A DNA stretch of 64,000 nt, taken from Candidatus Latescibacterota bacterium. GTDB taxonomy: Bacteria; Latescibacterota; UBA2968; SICM01. Location of the stretch: the NCBI GenBank assembly GCA_965217865.1, contig CBDCJO010000002.1:5664001-5728000 (forward strand), read 5' to 3'. Position 1 is the stretch's first letter, and each line of letters opens with the position of its first letter. The position numbers and the translations under genes are program-made. Shown piece after piece: positions 58,835-64,000 of this stretch. Under the pieces are notes generated by a model that was not told the DNA's origin, ran no database searches, and was given only the letters and a program-made list of their open reading frames with translations.

Positions 58835-61013
58835 ATGGAACATGAGGGATACGCCTCTCTGTTGGCAGAACAGCCCGAACTGGCAGAGAAGGCCCCTTTA
58901 ACCCAACCGACAAAATCCTGTATCGGCCTATCAGTTGCCTTGATTAGAGACTCTGAATGTGTCTGGGCAAAGGGGTTCGGTTTGCGCAGTTCCGAAACTC
59001 GGGAGCCAGTCACGTCTGACACAGTGTTCTCATCTTGGTCATGTGTCAAGCCTGTCTCAGCCTATGCCGCTCTAAGACTGTATGAGCTTGGGGCCCTCGA
59101 TCTCGACCGCCCCATCTGCGAGCTAGTTTCCGATCCATTCATCCCAAATGAGTCGCGAGTGGAGAAGGTAACTGCTCGCATGGTGCTCTCTCACACTAGT
59201 GTCGTGTCCCGCCAATAAGTTCAAATAGTCGCTTAATCTTTTCGAGGATGGATTCTGCGGTGGCAGTCCACACAAAGGGTTTTGAATTTGAGTTGTAGTG
59301 ATCGGCGAATTTCTTGATGTTATTGACCAGATCTTTCACGCTACGAAAGGAACCCCGGCGGATTGCCTTTTGTGTAATGATGTTGAACCAGATCTCGACT
59401 TGGTTTAGCCAGGACGCGTAAGTGGGTGTATAGTGGACCTGATATCTTGGCCGGGCTGCAAGCCATTGTTTGGTTTTAGGGTGCTTGTGCGTGCCATAGT
59501 TGTCCAAGACCAGGTGAATATCGAGATCCTCCGGGACGTTTGCCTCGATGTGCTTTAGGAATTGAAGGAATTCCTGATGACGGTGTCTCGGTTTACATTG
59601 TGTTAACACTTTTCCCGAGGCGATCTCTAGAGCAGCAAACAGCGTCGTTGTCCCGTGTCTGATGTAGTTGTGAGTTACGCCTTCGACGTAACCCAAACCC
59701 AGTGGCAGAATCGGTTGCGTTCGATCTAATGCTTGGACCTGGCTTTTCTCGTCCACACAGAGCACCATAGCATTGTCTGGCGGGTTGAGGTAGAGCCCGA
59801 CAACGTCCCTGACCTTCTCTACAAAGAAGGGATCGTTTGAGAGTCTGAAGTGTTTCTGTCGATGAGGTTGAAGTCCGAAGGCTTTCCAGACTCGCTGAAC
59901 GGTGGACTTGGAGAGCCCAGTCTCAGCTCCGATGGACCGACAGGTCCAGTGAGTTGCATGCCTTGGCTTTGTCTTCAAGGTTTTGCCAATGAGCCTGGCA
60001 ATCTTCTGGTCGGAGATTGAACGTGGACCTCCAGGACGCATCTCGTCGTAAAGCCCCATCAGCCCTTGAGCACAATAACGATTACGCCATTTCCCAATCG
60101 TGGCATAGGACAGTCCCAGCTTCTGGCCTATCTGTAGATTCGTGAGTCCGATATCACTCATCAGTATGATCTTCGCACGGCGCACCAAAGAATGCGGTAA
60201 GATCCGCGAACCAGATATCGCCTTCAATTCACTTCGGACTTCATCACTAAGGTTCAATGGCTGCAATGGACGTCCCATTTTCATCGGTTCCTCCTTGGAT
60301 AAGGGTATAAGGAACCATAAGACGAATCCATTACTTTGTCAAGTTATTTCTGGGACATAACACTAGTGGACTCTCACATAATGAACCAGAGAGACAGTTT
60401 TTCCACGAGCCTGGAGAGAAGTTTCGATATTCCAATCAAGGATTTGCTTACCTTCAACTCGCAATGGAGCAGTTGACTGGCGTATCGTTTACACAGCACC
60501 TTCAGGAGAGTGTCCTCCAGCCTTTGGGCATGACCGGTAGCAGCCTCGACTGGTGCGATCAATACCAATCCAAGGTCAGCTGATCTACACAACGGTGATG
60601 GAACAGTCCACGACCCAGGCTACAGCTTCTACAAGAGCCATCACAATCAGGCATTTCACGGCTTGCTTACGACACCGTCAGCGTATGCTCAGTTTGTCTG
60701 TCAGATTCTGCAACCTTCGGTCACTCCAGGAGCGGCTGGTGCTTCCCAGATGCTGAGACCAATGACAGCAATCAGTGACACACTCTCCTGGGGACTTGGA
60801 TGGGGCATTGAGCACTCGATGGATGGCGACCTATTCTGGCACCACGGTGGATTTGGTCACAATCTGATTATGGCGTCAAAGGCTCACAAGATTGGCATAG
60901 TCATTTTCACAAACTGCGCCGGCGGACTCAGCTTTGAGAGGATCGTTGAAGCTGCACTTGGAGGCAGTCATCCGATCCTGCCTTGGCGAGGGCCTTGGTA
61001 TACGCCTTTCTGA
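58835..61013 (+). pseudogene. serine hydrolase (beta-lactamase class C family) split by IS630 and frameshifted (~60577)
   Basis: SCVK SxxK; removing the IS gives LSHTSGL..PGEKFRYSNQGF..LQPLGM; later WGLGW, HHGG. Confidence 0.88.
59199..60363 (-). mobile_element. IS630-family insertion sequence, transposase 59196-60284 apparently intact
   Basis: TIRs GTGTCGTGTCCCGCCAATAAGTT / AAGTTATTTCTGGGACATAACAC, TA duplication; VDEK, LDNY, PTYASWLNQVE. Confidence 0.95.
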
Positions 61014-61035
61014 TTCTTAGCATCGTTCAGGCAGC

Positions 61036-61215
61036 AGATAACACGAGCGCCCCCGGCTCCGGCTCCTTCGCGCCTTCGCCCAAACCACCATCCTCCTTCG
61101 CTGCTGCCCACCTACGCTGCCACCTTCGCTGACGCTTCGGTGGCCAAGGAAGCTATGGTGGGCAAGGCGCAGCTTTGGAGGACAAAAGGTGGTTCGCACA
61201 CGCCAGACGTTAAAT
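61036..61215 (+). other. attC-like site expanded by nested REP-like hairpins
   Basis: R'' (GC)AGATAAC is the exact complement of GTTATCTGC at 58724; R' GTTAAAT. Confidence 0.75.
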
Positions 61216-61239
61216 TCAAGCAGCGCAAGAGGAACACCT

Positions 61240-62040
61240 ATGATCTCAGGTGACTCTTCAGTTAGAGCAACCAAGGCTTTCTGTGTCGGACAGGCGAAGT
61301 CCGGAACAGTATCTCTGTGTGGTCTGCTAGCAACACATCACCGCGCTGCCCACGAACCCGAGCGAGAGCAAACCCTTGATATGATTCTGCGAGAATCGCG
61401 TGGTGAAGTTGACGCGAATGCCTTCCGGGCCTATCTCATAGAACGAGACCAGCGATTAAATCTTGACTATGATATCTCATGGGCTAATCAATTCATCCTC
61501 AGCTATCTGCTGGGGGTCTTTCCTAATGCCAAGTTCATCGTTCTCATTCGAGATGCATACACCTGGGTCCAATCAACCGTCGGGCACATGCTCAGCCGCG
61601 AGATCCCACTCGATGTGCGTTCGTTTCTAGATTGGTGGTTTAAACCCGACCGCTATCCTCACTCGGGCCACGATCGCGTACTAGAAAAGCACAACCTCTA
61701 TTCAACTGCGGCCTTCTTGAACGCTTGGAACCAACATGTGAATGTCTGTACCAAGGTTATCCCTATAGAGAGGCGTCTTATTCTGAGAACCCATGAATTG
61801 AATCGGTCTCATCGGTGCCTCGCCGAATTCCTACAGATTACTATAGATTCTCTTGCTGCTGGTGATGTACACCTTAACCGGAGTACCTGGTCGGGTAAGA
61901 TCGATTCTTTGGTGAAGCGATCCTACTTGAATGAGATGGTTGCAACGATATGTGGTGAGAATATGGCCCGATATTTCCCGGAAGTCACTCAAATGGAACA
62001 GGTCTACACATTGTGGGAGCCTGGCACCCCGAAAGGTTGA
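61240..62040 (+). CDS. sulfotransferase-like (P-loop) protein
   Basis: FCVGQAKSGTVSL 5'PSB-like, AHEP, FPNAKFIVLIRD...W..S 3'PB-like. Confidence 0.8.
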   Translation: MISGDSSVRATKAFCVGQAKSGTVSLCGLLATHHRAAHEPEREQTLDMILRESRGEVDANAFRAYLIERDQRLNLDYDISWANQFILSYLLGVFPNAKFIVLIRDAYTWVQSTVGHMLSREIPLDVRSFLDWWFKPDRYPHSGHDRVLEKHNLYSTAAFLNAWNQHVNVCTKVIPIERRLILRTHELNRSHRCLAEFLQITIDSLAAGDVHLNRSTWSGKIDSLVKRSYLNEMVATICGENMARYFPEVTQMEQVYTLWEPGTPKG

Positions 62041-62099
62041 AAAAACGCCGATCTAACAAGGTCGGCTTGAGTGAGGGATTAAAATAGAAAAATGATTGT

Positions 62100-62243
62100 C
62101 TATGTCGTGCGCTCTATCTCTGCCCCTTTATAGCTTCACTCTATTTGGGGCGCGCTGCCAGCATTTAACACGAAAGCGGCGCAAGATTACCCAACCACCT
62201 TGCCCCGAAAAGTCGCCCACAAAAACCCCATCACAAGTTAGGC
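62100..62243 (+). repeat. cassette trailer copy 1 + R'' ATTTAAC + leader copy ending in ATCACAAGTTAGGC
   Basis: Similar to 62697-62765 and 63750-63816 (trailer), and to 45692-45834 and 62865-62967 (leader). Confidence 0.75.
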
Positions 62244-62256
62244 GTGAAGGTATTCA

Positions 62257-62640
62257 ATGTCTGGACTATTCCGAAAAATTGATTGTCACAGTTTACCAGT
62301 AGCAAATCTCGATTCTGCTATTGAGTTCTATCAAGAAAAACTCGGACATGAGCTAATCTGGCGCAGTGGAGAAGCAGCCGGACTCCGTTTCCCACAATCG
62401 GACGCGGAGCTTGTTCTTCATACCGATGCTCGACCGATAGAAACAGATCTCTTTGTTGATTCAGTTACCGATGCTATTCAGCAATTCAAGACAGCTGGTG
62501 GGACAGTAGTCTCTGGTCCGTTTGACATTGCTATTGGCAAGTGTGCGGTTCTACGAGATCCGTGGGGAAATGATATCATTATCCTCGATACGTCTAAAGG
62601 ATTACTGCAGGTTGATCCACATAAGAACGTTATCAAATAG
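62257..62640 (+). CDS. VOC/glyoxalase family protein
   Basis: V.NLD.AI.FY..KLG, GG.VV.GPFDI..G.CAVLRDPWGN. Confidence 0.9.
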   Translation: MSGLFRKIDCHSLPVANLDSAIEFYQEKLGHELIWRSGEAAGLRFPQSDAELVLHTDARPIETDLFVDSVTDAIQQFKTAGGTVVSGPFDIAIGKCAVLRDPWGNDIIILDTSKGLLQVDPHKNVIK

Positions 62641-62758
62641 TAAATTTTTTAACCTGCTGCTGGTAATGACGGCGGGTTTGAGTTAGTCGGACGATTCTAT
62701 GGTGTGCGCTGTATTTCCGCCCTTTTAAGGCCTCCGCTTGATGGGGCGCGCCGCCATC

Positions 62759-62821
62759 GGTTAACATGTGGCTCCCGGCTCACTACGTTCGGCCAAAAAG
62801 GCCGTGACTGAATCGTTGACA
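62759..62821 (+). other. degenerate attC-like site
   Basis: GGTTAAC ... GCTCACTACGTTCG loop ... GAATC-GTTGACA (same GAATC-GTT ending as 44537-44544). Confidence 0.55.
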
Positions 62822-62990
62822 GATTGTAAAAGCGCAAATCTCTTTCCCTATGCACGGCCCTTTCCACGAAAGCGGAGCAAGAACCCAACCACTCCACACC
62901 GAAAAGTCGCGCACAAAAACCAAAACCGCCTCATCTACGACGGATGGCTGTATATCAAGGTTTAGGGTGCAGCATCAGGTGAAACTTTGC

Positions 62991-63737
62991 ATGAAACCTT
63001 TATTTGCTACTTCGATTGCTGACAGTCAAGGTGATCTGATCAATAAACTGGAAAAGCTACTTCCCCTTGTGTTGGATCGGTTTGAGGGCATCGCGGTCCT
63101 GGCTACAACGAATACCGATGATCGAATTTTGAAAGTCTTGCATGATGCCCAGGCGTTTATAGATCGGGCTGAGTCAGATATTGACTCTATCGGGTTGCAT
63201 CGGCGGCAATCAGTCAAATTGGCCATGGAGAATAGTAGAAATGGTCACATCCTATATGCAGACGCAGATCATATATTGCGTTGGGTAGAACAGGACCCAA
63301 GAGAGCTTGACCTGGTTTTAGCGAGGATAAAAGGTTCCGATTGTACCGTCGTTGGACGAGGTCCCAAATCCTTTGAGGCTCTTCCGAAGAGACTCAAGGA
63401 AACAGAGAAAATTGTAAATCATATTTTTTCTCTGATTACAGGACAAAGGTGGGACCTCATGATGGCTGTTCGCGGCCTTTCAAGAGTTGCAGCAGAATTG
63501 ATAGTAAACGAAAGCGAGGTCAACACAATTGGAAACGACGTTGACTGGCCATTATTATGTAAAAAGAACGGCCTTATTCTTGATTACATAGAAGCTGAAG
63601 GGCTTACGTACAAGACGGAATTTGACTACGCGAATGATCTCGACGACAGTCAAGATCAGATTCCCGAGGCATGGGCTTTGAGAGTGAAGCTTGCTTATCA
63701 GCACGTAGTTGCTATGGGACCATACATAGATAAATGA
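62991..63737 (+). CDS. hypothetical protein, possibly glycosyltransferase-A-like fold
   Basis: Clean ORF with ILYADAD DxD motif and VVGR. Confidence 0.6.
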   Translation: MKPLFATSIADSQGDLINKLEKLLPLVLDRFEGIAVLATTNTDDRILKVLHDAQAFIDRAESDIDSIGLHRRQSVKLAMENSRNGHILYADADHILRWVEQDPRELDLVLARIKGSDCTVVGRGPKSFEALPKRLKETEKIVNHIFSLITGQRWDLMMAVRGLSRVAAELIVNESEVNTIGNDVDWPLLCKKNGLILDYIEAEGLTYKTEFDYANDLDDSQDQIPEAWALRVKLAYQHVVAMGPYIDK

Positions 63738-63809
63738 AGAAACAAACCATTGTGTTGTGCACTTTATGTTGGCCCTGTTGAGGGCCGTGAAGGGGGCCGC
63801 GCCAACTTC

Positions 63810-63892
63810 AGGTAACACAGCACTCCCGAGCTTCTGCCCATACGGGCCTTCGCAGAACCCCAGTGGGGTCGGGAGTGCTGGAAACGTTATCT
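63810..63892 (+). other. well-preserved attC-like site
   Basis: (C)AGGTAAC-a-CAGCACTCCCGA ... TCGGGAGTGCTG-gaaac-GTTATCT(G); perfect 12-bp stem. Confidence 0.85.
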
Positions 63893-64000
63893 GACATGAG
63901 ATATGATAAACATTCTCGGATGTAGATGTTGCTGATCGCGGCTAATCGAACTTACAGTCCGCTTTCTATCAGAAAAAGTAACCAGATGACAAACCAGTGG

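Larger units (their letters stand above)
43294..64000 (+). mobile_element. integrase-less integron gene-cassette array (CALIN-like), partly decayed, continuing beyond the window
   Basis: About 20 co-oriented unrelated genes, several attC-like hairpins, R''/R' complementarity across individual cassettes, no tyrosine recombinase in the window. Confidence 0.75.

Overview
Bacterial chromosomal window. A paired 'DFDGNG.VDF.DFFLFA..FG' dockerin/EF-hand-like tag on two secreted proteins, plus many PhyH and enolase-superfamily genes, suggests a Latescibacterota/Handelsmanbacteria-like organism (inference only). The left ~43 kb holds: a DtxR/MntR - two-domain multicopper oxidase - ZIP - cupredoxin metal cluster followed by relics of a second DtxR gene and of feoB; housekeeping genes (map, PhnP-like, radical SAM, rhodanese); a decayed ABC exporter; an orphan Nif11-type RiPP precursor; sugar-acid-type catabolic genes; a DUF2089/SHOCT-like envelope operon hit by an IS1595-derived MITE and an IS1380 fusion; a PAS hybrid kinase and several dioxygenases. 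From ~43.3 kb to the window end, all non-IS genes lie on the + strand, are functionally unrelated and are often separated by attC-like hairpins whose R'' boxes pair with the R' box opening the same cassette. This is an integrase-less, partly decayed integron cassette array (CALIN-like), interrupted by IS1182-like, IS630 and IS1595 elements. The most unusual signal is a conserved non-coding 'leader' and 'trailer' (three copies each) that flank unrelated cassette genes, as if genes were loaded into a reusable cassette scaffold. No rRNA, tRNA or CRISPR array was recognised. All calls are by eye; no database searches were run.
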